Position numbers and translations under genes: made by a program. The notes below the pieces were generated by a model, which worked only from the letters and a program-made list of their open reading frames with translations, searched no databases and was not told the origin of the DNA. A stretch of DNA of 64,000 nt, from NCBI GenBank assembly GCA_965238005.1, contig OZ250165.1:992001-1056000 (forward strand), written 5' to 3'. Source of the stretch: Longimicrobiales bacterium. Lineage in GTDB: Bacteria; Gemmatimonadota; Gemmatimonadetes; Longimicrobiales; Gaopeijiaceae. Shown here piece by piece: positions 9,896 through 19,645 of the stretch (position 1 is its first letter; each line of letters starts with the position of its first letter).

Positions 9896-10313
9896 GCAGC
9901 GTAGCAAGATGATGGCGGCCGTACGCTCCAAGGACACGAAGCCGGAACTGTTCATCCGCAGAGCACTACACGCCCGAGGCTACCGATTCCGCCTCCATCG
10001 CCGCGACTTGCCGGGCAAACCGGACATCGTGTTCCCGTCCCGAAAATCCGCGATCTTCGTCAACGGTTGCTTCTGGCACGGGCACGGCTGTCCGTCCGGC
10101 GCACTGCCGGCCACCCGGCGAGCTTTCTGGAAAGCAAAGATCGGCCGAAATAAGGATCGGGACGCGGAGAACCGCCGTGAGCTTGAGGCGGCGGGGTGGA
10201 ACGTCCTAGTGGTATGGGAATGCGACTTGCGACGGCCGGAGCCGGTAGAGCGCGTCGTTGCTTGGCTGGAAGCCGATCGGCCCCGCAATCTTGGACGGGA
10301 CGTAGAGCCATGA
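9876..10313 (+). CDS. vsr: Very short patch repair endonuclease
   Basis: RSKMMAAVRSKDTKPE, GKPD, FVNGCFWHGH, VWEC. Confidence 0.95.
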   Translation: MDRVTPEQRSKMMAAVRSKDTKPELFIRRALHARGYRFRLHRRDLPGKPDIVFPSRKSAIFVNGCFWHGHGCPSGALPATRRAFWKAKIGRNKDRDAENRRELEAAGWNVLVVWECDLRRPEPVERVVAWLEADRPRNLGRDVEP

Positions 10314-11494
10314 ACGGGCCAGACCGTCCGATTACCGTTGTTGATCTGTTTTCCGGTGCCGGGGGCATGTCCTACGGGTTCAAAGCGCATGGCGCGTTCG
10401 AGATGATCGGCGCTGCCGATGCGGAGATCGGAAAACCTACATCCGGCAACGGACGGCTACAGTGCAACACCACCTATCGGAACAACATCGGAATCGACCC
10501 CAAGCGCGTTGATCTCGCGGACGTTACTCCGACCGATGTGCGCGACGTGCTGGGAATCGGTACGCGCGCAGTCAACGTCTTGAGCGTGTGTCCGCCCTGC
10601 ACCGGGTTCACGCGAACCAACCCGCAGAATCATCTTCGGGACGATTGCCGCAACGGGCTCGTGTCCAGGGCCGCAGGCTTTGCCGTAGCCTTGGACGCGG
10701 ACATCGTAGTAATGGAGAACGCGCGCGAACTCTTACGCGGGAATTTCCTGCATCACTATCGCGCCTTCCGCGAGCGTCTGGAGGATAACGGCTACAGCGT
10801 GTTCGGGCGGAATTACATGCTGAACCGCTTCGGGCTTCCGCAAGTGCGCGAACGGGCCATCGTGATTGCCTCCAAGGAAGGATTGCCCCTCTACACGCTG
10901 GAGAGCATGTGGGACGGCTGGAGCGTGGAAGAAAGCGCCAAGACCGTTCGCAGGGCGCTCTCGGTCGCCTCGGGAGCGAAGGGAGCGGACCACCGTTACC
11001 CGGGGTTCGCGTCAGAAACCGTCAAACGGCGGATTGCCGCCATACCGCCTGACGGCGGCTCTTGGATGGACCTGTTGGAGCATCCTGATGCGGAGCAACT
11101 CTTGACCGGATCCATGAAGAGGATCGCGGAGGCCGGGAGATTCGGTTCGTACCCGGATGTCTACGGGCGGATGGCGTGGGACAAACCCGCCCCTACGATC
11201 AAACGGGAGTGCGCACATATCGGAAACGGCAGGTATGCTCACCCGGAACAGGACCGGCTTTGCACGGTCGCGGAAATGGCAGTTCTGAACGGCTTTCCTC
11301 ACCACTATCAGTTCAACGGGTCATCACTGGCGAACACGTATCGCCATATCGGGGACGCGGTACCCCCGCTGGTTTCCTATCAGCTCGCGCATCTCTGCCG
11401 GTGGATTCTGACGGGCGAACGACCCAGCATCCAAGAACTCGTCTTGGCTGACACAAGCTTGCGGTTGTCAGATCTCGTGCGCGACGCGGCATGA
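10310..11494 (+). CDS. C5-cytosine DNA methyltransferase
   Basis: DLFSGAGG, PPCTGF, MENA, QVRER, IGDAVPP; ATGA-coupled to vsr. Confidence 0.95.
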   Translation: MNGPDRPITVVDLFSGAGGMSYGFKAHGAFEMIGAADAEIGKPTSGNGRLQCNTTYRNNIGIDPKRVDLADVTPTDVRDVLGIGTRAVNVLSVCPPCTGFTRTNPQNHLRDDCRNGLVSRAAGFAVALDADIVVMENARELLRGNFLHHYRAFRERLEDNGYSVFGRNYMLNRFGLPQVRERAIVIASKEGLPLYTLESMWDGWSVEESAKTVRRALSVASGAKGADHRYPGFASETVKRRIAAIPPDGGSWMDLLEHPDAEQLLTGSMKRIAEAGRFGSYPDVYGRMAWDKPAPTIKRECAHIGNGRYAHPEQDRLCTVAEMAVLNGFPHHYQFNGSSLANTYRHIGDAVPPLVSYQLAHLCRWILTGERPSIQELVLADTSLRLSDLVRDAA

Positions 11495-12258
11495 CGACCC
11501 CACCGGACTCCACGGAGCAGAGATACCTCGACGAACTGCTTGCCGCGATGCGTGGCCCTTGCGAGACCACGTTCCCTACGTCCCCGGATGCCGAGACGCA
11601 GGCAGCCGAACTGGGGTTCCCGTCCGATCCCACCTTCGCTTCACCCTCGCCGTTCCTCAGCCCGCGATTCGAGAAGGAGTTCCGAACAACACTGCTCATT
11701 CACGATTACTTCCTGAGAGCGCCACTGGCGACGAACTCGTTTGAGGCGGCGTTCGTACGCGCAGCACATGCCGCAGGTCACGACATTCGGAAAGCGCCTG
11801 ACGGTCAGCGTTTTTGGGATGTCGAGATGGACGGGCTCCGAATCAGCCTGAAGTCCACCGCGGCAGCGAATCTTCGCGTCGGGTCACTGCACATTTCCAA
11901 GCTTTGCGAGGCAGCATGGATTCAGGACGCTCGCAGTGCGGCCCACCGAGAAGACAAGACCAAGCGCTTGTTCGAGGAGTATACCGCCGCAGTGGGTGCT
12001 ATCATTCAACTTCGGCTGTTCAAGAAGAAGGCCTTCTACGAAATGGTGAGGATCCCCACCTCTCTCTTGGCTCAAGTCGCGGATGTTCCTCGTTCCAAGT
12101 TCGCGCCGGAGGGCCCGTCCATTGGAATCCCGGTTGGCCAAGACCCGCCGGACTTCACGTTGAAACTCGATAGATCCGACGCGAAGGTCACGTTGGCGAA
12201 CATCGACAAGCGCGTGTGTTCGGTCGTAGGAACCTGGCAACTCGCCCGGAGGGCGTAA
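11491..12258 (+). CDS. Putative Type II restriction endonuclease
   Basis: Coupled to the MTase; WD...ISLKST resembles a PD-(D/E)xK variant. Confidence 0.6.
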   Translation: MTTPPDSTEQRYLDELLAAMRGPCETTFPTSPDAETQAAELGFPSDPTFASPSPFLSPRFEKEFRTTLLIHDYFLRAPLATNSFEAAFVRAAHAAGHDIRKAPDGQRFWDVEMDGLRISLKSTAAANLRVGSLHISKLCEAAWIQDARSAAHREDKTKRLFEEYTAAVGAIIQLRLFKKKAFYEMVRIPTSLLAQVADVPRSKFAPEGPSIGIPVGQDPPDFTLKLDRSDAKVTLANIDKRVCSVVGTWQLARRA

Positions 12259-12368
12259 GCGCCGATAGACGGTCGGAAGACGGGCTTTCTTGGCCGCTGC
12301 CCAGGACTACGATTCGACCGTCGACGACGAGGGGACGGTGGCGGCCAGCGCGACTAGCAGCTAGCTAG

Positions 12369-13969
12369 GAGTCTGCGCCGCAGAAGCACAGCTGACTGAG
12401 CCGAATGGTCATCGAGCCGTCCGCGGCGAGGCGGATCCGGGTGATTGGGAGGTTGAGGACTTGTGTCTGCGACGGATCGGGAGAGCGGAATGGATGCGTT
12501 GGGGGGGCAAGAGAGCTACGAGAGCCCTCGCGCCGGCAGATGCGGGTGAACCCTCGTGCAGTCATGCCGCCTGAAGGGTGTGCAGCCGCTTCACATTGAG
12601 TGCCAGGCACACGAGGGTCCACTCGGCCCGGACCTTCTCGAGGCCCCGGAAGCTGAATCGTCGAAAGCCCATCACTTCCTTGATCCAGCCGATGGGCGCC
12701 TCGGCCTGCGACTTTCGCCGTGCGTAGCGTCTGCGGCCATCTTCGCTCGCCAGCTTCTCCGCCATGCGGACTTTCGCCGGATATTCCTCCTTGTCAACCG
12801 TGGGGGCGGCCTTGCCCTCCCGGGCCAGCGCCACATACCCGTCGATGTCTCGCTCTTCCAGTTCCTCGAGATCCCGCTCGTTGCAATAGCCCGTGTCCGC
12901 CAGCACCTGCGCCGGCGTCTCGCCGTACGCTTGCGCCACCGCGTCGACCATGGGCACCAGCTGGCCCTGGTCGCTCGCGTTGTCCGTCACCTCGGCCCCG
13001 ACCACCAGCTGGTTCTCCCCCTCCACGACCGTCTGTGCGTTGTAGCACTGCTGGAACCCCTCCGAACTCGTCTTCATGATCCGGCTCTCAGGGTCCGTGA
13101 AGTTGCTCTGCGCCGCCTCGTCCGGCTCTCCGTACTCCCGCTTGTAGGGCCTGCCGCCCTTCGGGTTGCGCGTCTGCCCCGGCTTGCGGCCCCGTGCGTC
13201 GTCCGCCGCTCTCTGCTCGGCTTCCAGGCGCGCCTTCGCCTCCCGGATCGCCGCCAGCCGGTCCTCGCGCCGCTTGAGCTCCTCCGGCACCTCGTCTCCG
13301 CATGCTTCCTCGCCGTAGCGCTCGTCTTCCGCTTCGTCCACCGCCTCGGCCCTCTCCAACAGCCCCCGGATCTCCGCCTCCAGCCGAGGCTCCCCGGTCA
13401 CCATCCGGCCGTAGCTCATCGCCTTGCGCTTGTTCGCGTTCGCCCGAACCTTCGTCCCGTCCACCGACACCCTGCCAAGCCCCGCCAGCCCCAAGGCCCG
13501 CGCGAGCATCACCACCTCCACAAACACCGCCCGGAAATCCCCGAGATGGCGCTTGCGGAACTCGCACAGCGTCCGGTGCTTCGGGAAGTTCTCCGCCGCC
13601 AGCATCCGAAACGCGACATCCTCCTCCAGCTTCCTCGCCATCTTCCGCGACGAGAAGGTGCCCGTCGCATACGCGTAGATCAGCACCTTGACCATCATCC
13701 GAGGGTCGTACGGCGAGTTGCGCCGCCCGTCCCCCCGGTACCGCCCGTAGAACGCGCTCAGCTCCACCGCGTCCACCAGGTCGCTCACATGGTGCGCCAA
13801 ATGACCCTCCGACACCCACTCCCGAAGATCCGGAGGCAGCAACAACATCTGCTCCGGATCGTACGGTCGAAATGTCGTTCCCATTCACCCCCCTCGGTGA
13901 TCCGCAAGCCTTCCCAATGCCTTCGCTACCACCAAAGATAGCCGCCGCAGGGTTCTGCGGCGCAGACTC
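12369..13969 (-). mobile_element. IS1182-family element
   Basis: Perfect IRs GAGTCTGCGCCGCAGAA, flanked by CTAGCTAG on both sides. Confidence 0.9.
12562..13884 (-). CDS. IS1182 transposase
   Basis: YDPRMMVKVLIYAY, VDGTKVRANA, TDPESRIMK, LADTGY. Confidence 0.95.
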   Translation of the reverse strand: MGTTFRPYDPEQMLLLPPDLREWVSEGHLAHHVSDLVDAVELSAFYGRYRGDGRRNSPYDPRMMVKVLIYAYATGTFSSRKMARKLEEDVAFRMLAAENFPKHRTLCEFRKRHLGDFRAVFVEVVMLARALGLAGLGRVSVDGTKVRANANKRKAMSYGRMVTGEPRLEAEIRGLLERAEAVDEAEDERYGEEACGDEVPEELKRREDRLAAIREAKARLEAEQRAADDARGRKPGQTRNPKGGRPYKREYGEPDEAAQSNFTDPESRIMKTSSEGFQQCYNAQTVVEGENQLVVGAEVTDNASDQGQLVPMVDAVAQAYGETPAQVLADTGYCNERDLEELEERDIDGYVALAREGKAAPTVDKEEYPAKVRMAEKLASEDGRRRYARRKSQAEAPIGWIKEVMGFRRFSFRGLEKVRAEWTLVCLALNVKRLHTLQAA

Positions 13970-14162
13970 CTAGCTAGCTGTCGCGCCCCAAGAGTGGGGA
14001 CTGCCCTGACCGGAGTGGGCTCGCGCATCTGGGACGGCCCTACACCCGTCCTTTCACGGCCTAGGAGGGCCAACGACATCCGTTTCGTTGCGGCGGAAAA
14101 AATGGGGGGTAACGCTCCACATCCAACTGCGTAAGGCATTTACAGTAAACCGTTTACAGCAC

Positions 14163-14654
14163 TCATGAAAGCTGCCAGAACGGCTCGCGGCTCTTGCCGA
14201 AGATCTGGTTGATCAGGGAGGCGACGCTGTAGGCGAGCGAATAGGTGTCGAGCAGCGGATCGTCGATCGGGTTCCACTGCCAGGACCCGCCCAGCCCGAT
14301 TTCCAGGTAGTCGTCCCCTCGCCCGGCCTTCTCGAGGATCCGGCGCACGCTGTGGCAGAAGTCGTAGTCACGCTCGTAGAGGAGGAGTGGCTCGGGCATG
14401 CAGTCCAGCACTTCGTGATGAAGGACCAGAAGCGGCTCGATGTCGTTCGGATCCAGAAACCGCACGACATAGGGGAACACCTCGCCCGTCTCCCGGATCG
14501 TGCCCGTGCCTGAGAGCCGGGAGCGCCTCATCACGTCGGGCTCGACGTCCGCCAGAAATCTGGGATCGTTCCTGGCTATCTGCGGCACAACGTCTTCCGT
14601 CCTGGGGTGGGCCTGCTCCCTTGAACGGTGGGTCGCCCGGGCCGCGTGGCGCAA
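14163..14654 (-). CDS. Hypothetical protein, possibly a fragment or chimera
   Basis: Protein-like central segment with no recognised family. Confidence 0.3.
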   Translation of the reverse strand: MRHAARATHRSREQAHPRTEDVVPQIARNDPRFLADVEPDVMRRSRLSGTGTIRETGEVFPYVVRFLDPNDIEPLLVLHHEVLDCMPEPLLLYERDYDFCHSVRRILEKAGRGDDYLEIGLGGSWQWNPIDDPLLDTYSLAYSVASLINQIFGKSREPFWQLS

Positions 14655-14740
14655 GGATGACCGTGAACCTTTTCACATCCGGACGTATTCGATTGGAGAG
14701 CAGGGCACGGGGCTCTGCCGCTCGACCGGGAAGAGCCTCG

Positions 14741-15253
14741 ATGCACCGAACCTTCGAAGAGCTTGCGAGTCAGGAGATCGACAGCCTCTACCACGGGGCC
14801 CTCTTTCTCAAAGCGGGCGAGGGACAGGCCGCCGAGGACCTTCTGCTGAGCACGTTGACGGGCGCCTTTCATGCGTTCCGCAAGGTGGAGCAGGGGACCG
14901 ACGTGGCCCGATGGCTGGAGGGCCGGATGGTGCACGCCTATCTGTCCGCCGTCTCCGAAGGCGACTCGGACGGCGCTTCGGTCGAGGACCTCGAGGTCCC
15001 CTCTCCCCCGCTCGTGCGAAGGGTGGAGGTGGATCCCTTCGCTCTCCACAAGGCGGCCCGGAGAATTCCCCCGCGTGCCCGTGCGGCGCTGTGGCTCGTG
15101 TTGCTTCGCAGATGGAAGTATTCCGAGGCCTCACGCGTCCTAGAGACGGATCTAAATGACTTGAAGGATCTCCTTGGGTACCGGCACCTGCTCCTGACCG
15201 CGGTCCTCCGCGGACCGGACCAGCGGAACGGTACCAACGCAGACGTGACGTAG
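14741..15253 (+). CDS. Divergent ECF-like sigma factor
   Basis: AEDLL region-2-like and KYSEASRVL region-4-like segments; precedes an anti-sigma gene. Confidence 0.6.
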   Translation: MHRTFEELASQEIDSLYHGALFLKAGEGQAAEDLLLSTLTGAFHAFRKVEQGTDVARWLEGRMVHAYLSAVSEGDSDGASVEDLEVPSPPLVRRVEVDPFALHKAARRIPPRARAALWLVLLRRWKYSEASRVLETDLNDLKDLLGYRHLLLTAVLRGPDQRNGTNADVT

Positions 15254-15265
15254 GGCGCAGGAAGC

Positions 15266-16051
15266 ATGAATTGCACGGAAGCTAGATATGCACTTTGGCC
15301 GCCCGAGCGGCCTCGGCTGGCAGGCACGGCCGTCCTGGAAGCACGGCTGCACGTGGAGACGTGCGAGGCTTGCCAGGGCTATTTCGAGCAGGACAGGCTC
15401 CTTCTCGACGTGTACGACCGGGTGAGTCGGCAACGGACCCCCCGGCGCGTTCGCGAGCGCGTCTTCGACTCGCTGGCCCGTGAGCGGGTCAGGGCTCTCG
15501 GTGTTCCGGAAAACGTCGACGCTGGGGTCCGGTCGCTCACCCGCAGGCGGTGGGCGCTCGCCGCTGTCTCGTCCATCGCGGCGCTCTTCCTCGTCGCGCT
15601 GGGAAGCTTCCTCGTGGAGCGCTCGGCTCCGCAGGAAGAGGCCGGGCTGTTCGTCGAGGACTACCTCCGGCGGGCCGTGGGCGAGGATCGCATCATCACC
15701 TCCGACGTGAACGAGATCGGCCGGTTTTTGACCCGCGAGCTAGGGCTCTCCATCATGCCCATGGAGGTGGAGGGCCTGAGGCTGGCCGGGGCGGAGATAT
15801 GTCTGTTGGATGGGCGCCGGGGAGCCATGATTCGCTACATCGAGGACGGCCGGGAGATCTCCCACTACCTGGTTCCCAAGTCGGGAGTGGTGCAGCGCGA
15901 GCCGGCCGTTTCCTCCCAGCTCAGGTCGGGCAATGCGGTGGGACCGTCGGTGATCACGTGGGCCACGCCGCAGGTCGAGCAGGCTCTGGTGGGTGAGGTC
16001 GCTCCCGCTCGCCTCATGGAGCTCGCCAGGAACTACGCTCTGGAGGGATAG
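15266..16051 (+). CDS. Zinc-finger anti-sigma factor with TM segment
   Basis: MNC...HVETCEAC (HxxxCxxC) and a TM helix. Confidence 0.8.
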   Translation: MNCTEARYALWPPERPRLAGTAVLEARLHVETCEACQGYFEQDRLLLDVYDRVSRQRTPRRVRERVFDSLARERVRALGVPENVDAGVRSLTRRRWALAAVSSIAALFLVALGSFLVERSAPQEEAGLFVEDYLRRAVGEDRIITSDVNEIGRFLTRELGLSIMPMEVEGLRLAGAEICLLDGRRGAMIRYIEDGREISHYLVPKSGVVQREPAVSSQLRSGNAVGPSVITWATPQVEQALVGEVAPARLMELARNYALEG

Positions 16052-16097
16052 GGTCCCGCGACGAGATCCGGCTCTGTGGCTAACGCGGCGCGACGCT

Positions 16098-17627
16098 TTA
16101 CTTCGGTCCGGCTTCGGCGGGAAGCCCTCCGGCGGCCAGCTCCTTCTCCACGGTCTCCTTGATCGGGTCGATGGTCGATCCGAACCCGTAAAAGCCGCGG
16201 ATGACCCGAAGATCACGATCCAACACAACTGTATACGGCAGACCGCGATAGTTATAACGGCTTCTCAGACGCCCACCGCCCTGGCCTTGGACGTAGCTTA
16301 CGCCCCCGATCTCCTCGACGAACGCCAGAGCGTCGTCGGGATCGATGTCCTCGTTCAGTCCGATGACGGTGGCTTGCTCGGGATCGAGCTCCCGGGCGAA
16401 GGCCTCCAGGAGGGGCATCTCCCGACGGCAAGGTCCGCACCAACTGGCCCAGAAGTTCACGACCACGACCTTCCCGCGGCGGGCCTCGAGGCGCGTCCGG
16501 CCCGGGTGACCCAGTCTGGGGAGGTCGAACTCCGGAAAGGCGGCCCGCTCCGGCTCGCCGGTCCGAGAGAGGGCGTCCTCGCGGCTGGCAGTGTAGATGC
16601 GGCCACGTCTGTCGGCGCAGACGGCATCGTCCTTGGAGATGGGTCCGGACCGGACGAACCGTCCGTCCTGGTCGAAGGCCAGGACGTTGTCGGGGGGGCC
16701 GCCCGGGGTCATGGCGGCCAGGACGTAGATCAACCCGTCGGGCCCGGTGACCAATCCGAACTGCAGCACCGAGAAGATCGGGGTCACGGATCCGTCGACG
16801 ACGCCCAGGGACGGCGGCGCGACGGTCTCGCCGGGCTGCCAGCGACTCACCCACGCGGTGTCGCCTCGGGTGTCAAACGCCACCAACTCGGGTCTCAGGG
16901 CCGAAGCGTAGACGACCGATCCGTCGCCGGCGGCCACTGCCCAGCCCGTGTTGACCAGCTGCCCGAGGAACGTATCCGGCGGCTCGGCCGGAGATCCGAC
17001 CGGTGTCATCTCGCCCGTGTCGCCGTCTCGGATCCAGAGCAGGGGGTCGCTCGAGCGGATGGGCGCCAGGTGGAACTCGTAGACGCTCCGGGCCGCCACC
17101 ATGGCACCCGCGCTTCCCCCGAATGCCGGGGCCTCTACACCGTAGGAGACCCACTCCAGGGGTCTGTCGTCGGCGAAGCGGAGTCCCAACCCGTCGGCCT
17201 CCACGGCGAGCAGCGACTCGCCGTCGATAGCGACGGAGACGGGGCTCGTGAGGTTGCGGTCGTCGGGAAGGACTCCCTGCGCGACCCGCGCGACCACCCC
17301 ACGGTCGTCGAAGACCAGGATCCGTGCGCCGTCGGCGTCGGGCCAGGCCGCTCCACCGTCCCGCAGAGGCGCGGCCGCTCGGCCGTCCATGAAGAGAAGC
17401 TGGAGGCCCTCGGCTGGGGGATCCTCGTAGATCAGGAGGCGCTCGGCGGGGTCCAGACTCTCGATAAGCGTCCAGCCAGCTTGCTCGGTGACGGACGGCC
17501 CCCGGTAGTCCGGCAACGGCTCCCCGGGGGGTGGCCCCCGATCCCCGCAGCCCGTGAGAGCTACGAGTAGGAGAGCGAGGCCGGAGCCGAAGCCCCGGCC
17601 TCGTCGCATCGATGCCTTTTGATGCAT
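16098..17627 (-). CDS. Lipoprotein: beta-propeller-like region fused to a TlpA/ResA thioredoxin domain
   Basis: LTGC lipobox; VVNFWASWCGPCRREMP. Confidence 0.8.
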   Translation of the reverse strand: MHQKASMRRGRGFGSGLALLLVALTGCGDRGPPPGEPLPDYRGPSVTEQAGWTLIESLDPAERLLIYEDPPAEGLQLLFMDGRAAAPLRDGGAAWPDADGARILVFDDRGVVARVAQGVLPDDRNLTSPVSVAIDGESLLAVEADGLGLRFADDRPLEWVSYGVEAPAFGGSAGAMVAARSVYEFHLAPIRSSDPLLWIRDGDTGEMTPVGSPAEPPDTFLGQLVNTGWAVAAGDGSVVYASALRPELVAFDTRGDTAWVSRWQPGETVAPPSLGVVDGSVTPIFSVLQFGLVTGPDGLIYVLAAMTPGGPPDNVLAFDQDGRFVRSGPISKDDAVCADRRGRIYTASREDALSRTGEPERAAFPEFDLPRLGHPGRTRLEARRGKVVVVNFWASWCGPCRREMPLLEAFARELDPEQATVIGLNEDIDPDDALAFVEEIGGVSYVQGQGGGRLRSRYNYRGLPYTVVLDRDLRVIRGFYGFGSTIDPIKETVEKELAAGGLPAEAGPK

Positions 17628-17641
17628 CGACCGCATTCTCA

Positions 17642-18025
17642 CTACCGCTGCATAGAGATGCTCTCGATGAGGATCGTGTTCAGGCCACCGCGCTCGATGA
17701 CCTTTCCGGTCACGTTCACCGTGTGCTCGGCGTGACCTCTCAGATCCTTGTCGCCCCGCTCCTGGCCCATGGCCATGGTGACCGGCACGTACAGGGTTCC
17801 GTCCTCGCCTTGGAGGGCCAGCGGAACGCCGTTGTCGAAGCACACTTGGGCGCACATCCGGTGGTCGTCGCCGGACAGGTTGTAGACGGACTTACAGGAA
17901 AGGTCGACCACGTTGGCCGTGAACGAGACCTCCCTACCCTCCGCTGCCTGCATCTGTGCAGATGCAGGCTGCGCGGCCAGCGCCACAAGCCCGATGGACA
18001 GCGTGGTCAGTGCTAACTTGAGCAT
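17642..18025 (-). CDS. Secreted hypothetical protein (Cys/His-containing)
   Basis: Signal peptide; VDLSC...HRMCAQVC. Confidence 0.7.
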   Translation of the reverse strand: MLKLALTTLSIGLVALAAQPASAQMQAAEGREVSFTANVVDLSCKSVYNLSGDDHRMCAQVCFDNGVPLALQGEDGTLYVPVTMAMGQERGDKDLRGHAEHTVNVTGKVIERGGLNTILIESISMQR

Positions 18026-18102
18026 GGTAACTTACCTCCACCTCACAAGGTGAAACGGTTATTTCCCGGACCTCATTCGGGCCCGGGATCCTCAGAAAAC
18101 GA

Positions 18103-18603
18103 CTACGGGTGACCGTGGTCCGTCCCGGTTCCGTCTCCGGTCATGGCGCCGCCGCCGTGCTCATGGACGCCCATCATGCCCGGCTCTACTTCGAATTCAA
18201 ACGAGGCCGCATCGGTTCCGTCACCCAGGTTCACATAGACCGCCCATTGGCCGTCCATGCTGATCTCGGCCCGGGCCGTGTAGTCCAGGGGACCCTCCGC
18301 CTCGGCCGGGTACCTGAGGATGCCCATGGCCGGCATCTCGAGGGACACGACGTCGATGGAAACGGGGGTGCCCTCGGGAACGGCGCGATCCAGGGTGATG
18401 TGGAACTCGGTCGTGCCCATCTCCACCGGGTAGCGGTCGGGGCGCACGGTCACCTCCGTACCTCCGGGCGCTGTGCTCACCCATTTTGCCGGGTCGGCGT
18501 TGGCCTCCATCTGCCCATCGTCGCCGAGCTTCGCTTCCACGTCGCCCGATATGCATCCCCAGACCGACAGGGCGAGCACAGCGACGGCCACTGAGTTCTT
18601 CAT
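18103..18603 (-). CDS. YtkA/FixH-like lipoprotein
   Basis: WGC lipobox; MPAMG...SMDGQW; His-rich tail. Confidence 0.65.
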   Translation of the reverse strand: MKNSVAVAVLALSVWGCISGDVEAKLGDDGQMEANADPAKWVSTAPGGTEVTVRPDRYPVEMGTTEFHITLDRAVPEGTPVSIDVVSLEMPAMGILRYPAEAEGPLDYTARAEISMDGQWAVYVNLGDGTDAASFEFEVEPGMMGVHEHGGGAMTGDGTGTDHGHP

Positions 18604-18799
18604 GGCTTATCCCCGTTGAGGCACACCTTCACAACGAATGACCGCCTTGCCCGGTTCCTTGGCGGATCCGTCGGTACGGGGGTCTGGCCTCTGGCGCTAT
18701 GCGGAATGGCGACAAGCTTGGCAACTCGGTCATCACATGGCGTGGGCTCGATACCGTCGGGAGCGCGGAAAAACTTCTCAGGGATCATACTGCCGGCGA

Positions 18800-19150
18800 A
18801 CAGCCCCGCCGAGACCGATTCGATGCGGTCAGCAATTTGCTCAAACAAAGCCGGGACCTGAGTGCAGTCATGCGTCCGGCGCGCGGTCAGATCTGATGCG
18901 ACGATCTCACCTGTATCAGCATCAACAGCGAGGTGCAGCTTGCGCCAAGCTCTGTTCCTGGGCGGTTTCTGCATATGCCCGACGTGAATCCTAAGTCCTC
19001 TGCTGTCGATGAGTAGGTGGATCGGTCGCTCGCTCGGTAGCCTGCGAAAGCCAGACGGTCAGCCCGCCACGACGCTGGAGGCCGGCCTCGTACTCAGACC
19101 AATTCCGTAACCGATACTGGGACTTCGCGTGCTTGTACTGGCTTCGCTTC
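18800..19150 (-). pseudogene. IS5-family (IS903-like) transposase fragments
   Basis: YRLRNWSEYEAGLQRRGGLTVW and WRKLHLAVDADTGEIVA in different frames. Confidence 0.75.
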
Positions 19151-19390
19151 TGATGCTGGGAGCGGCTCTGTTCACCGATTGGTCCATCCGCTTCGGCGGA
19201 CTCGCCATAGAGGGTGCAGTCCGAGATCCAGCGCGCATCGCGGCTCAGATCATAACGGGCATCGGGTTTCTCGGAGCGGGTACGATTATTCAGGCGCGTG
19301 GCACCGTTACCGGACTCACGACAGCGGCAACCCTGTGGGTCGTCGCGGGCATCGGCATGTCGGTAGGGAGTGGCTCCTACGTCGAAGTCG
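19150..19390 (+). pseudogene. MgtC/SapB-family fragment
   Basis: DPARIAAQIITGIGFLGAGTI...GLTTAATLW; both termini missing. Confidence 0.8.
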
Positions 19391-19645
19391 TGGGGAGCAA
19401 CGCTGGCTCCACTGATGTAAATCGTTGTGATATACAGCGTTATGTGAAACTCCTTCGGCTCCTTGGCGGAAGGGGTCTCTATGTTGGACCCTATGTTGAG
19501 CACGGGTCGCCAGGTCCGACAGGTGGCCTCCACCCGAACGTCGACGCGAGTGCATCAAGCGCTGATCTGGCGGCCCACCAAGGCCGAAATCGTCGCCCCA
19601 GGGGGCGGTCCCAGGGGGCGGTGATTGAAGGGGGTGGTGGGCGAG

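Larger units (their letters stand above)
4333..12360. mobile_element. Integrative mobilizable element / genomic island at tRNA-Val (right boundary not found)
   Basis: Integrase directly after the tRNA, then mob genes, oriT and RM cargo; no attR copy recognised. Confidence 0.75.

Noticed and set aside
12556..13941. Long antisense ORFs (also 15993-17570, 31506-32900, 40958-42376, 47553-48935, 51562-53106)
   Set aside because: Typical high-GC shadow ORFs opposite well-supported genes.
12259..14160. attR copy of the tRNA-Val 3' end
   Set aside because: No recognisable repeat of GGTTCGAATCCAGTACCGCCC was found by eye, so the island's right boundary is undefined.
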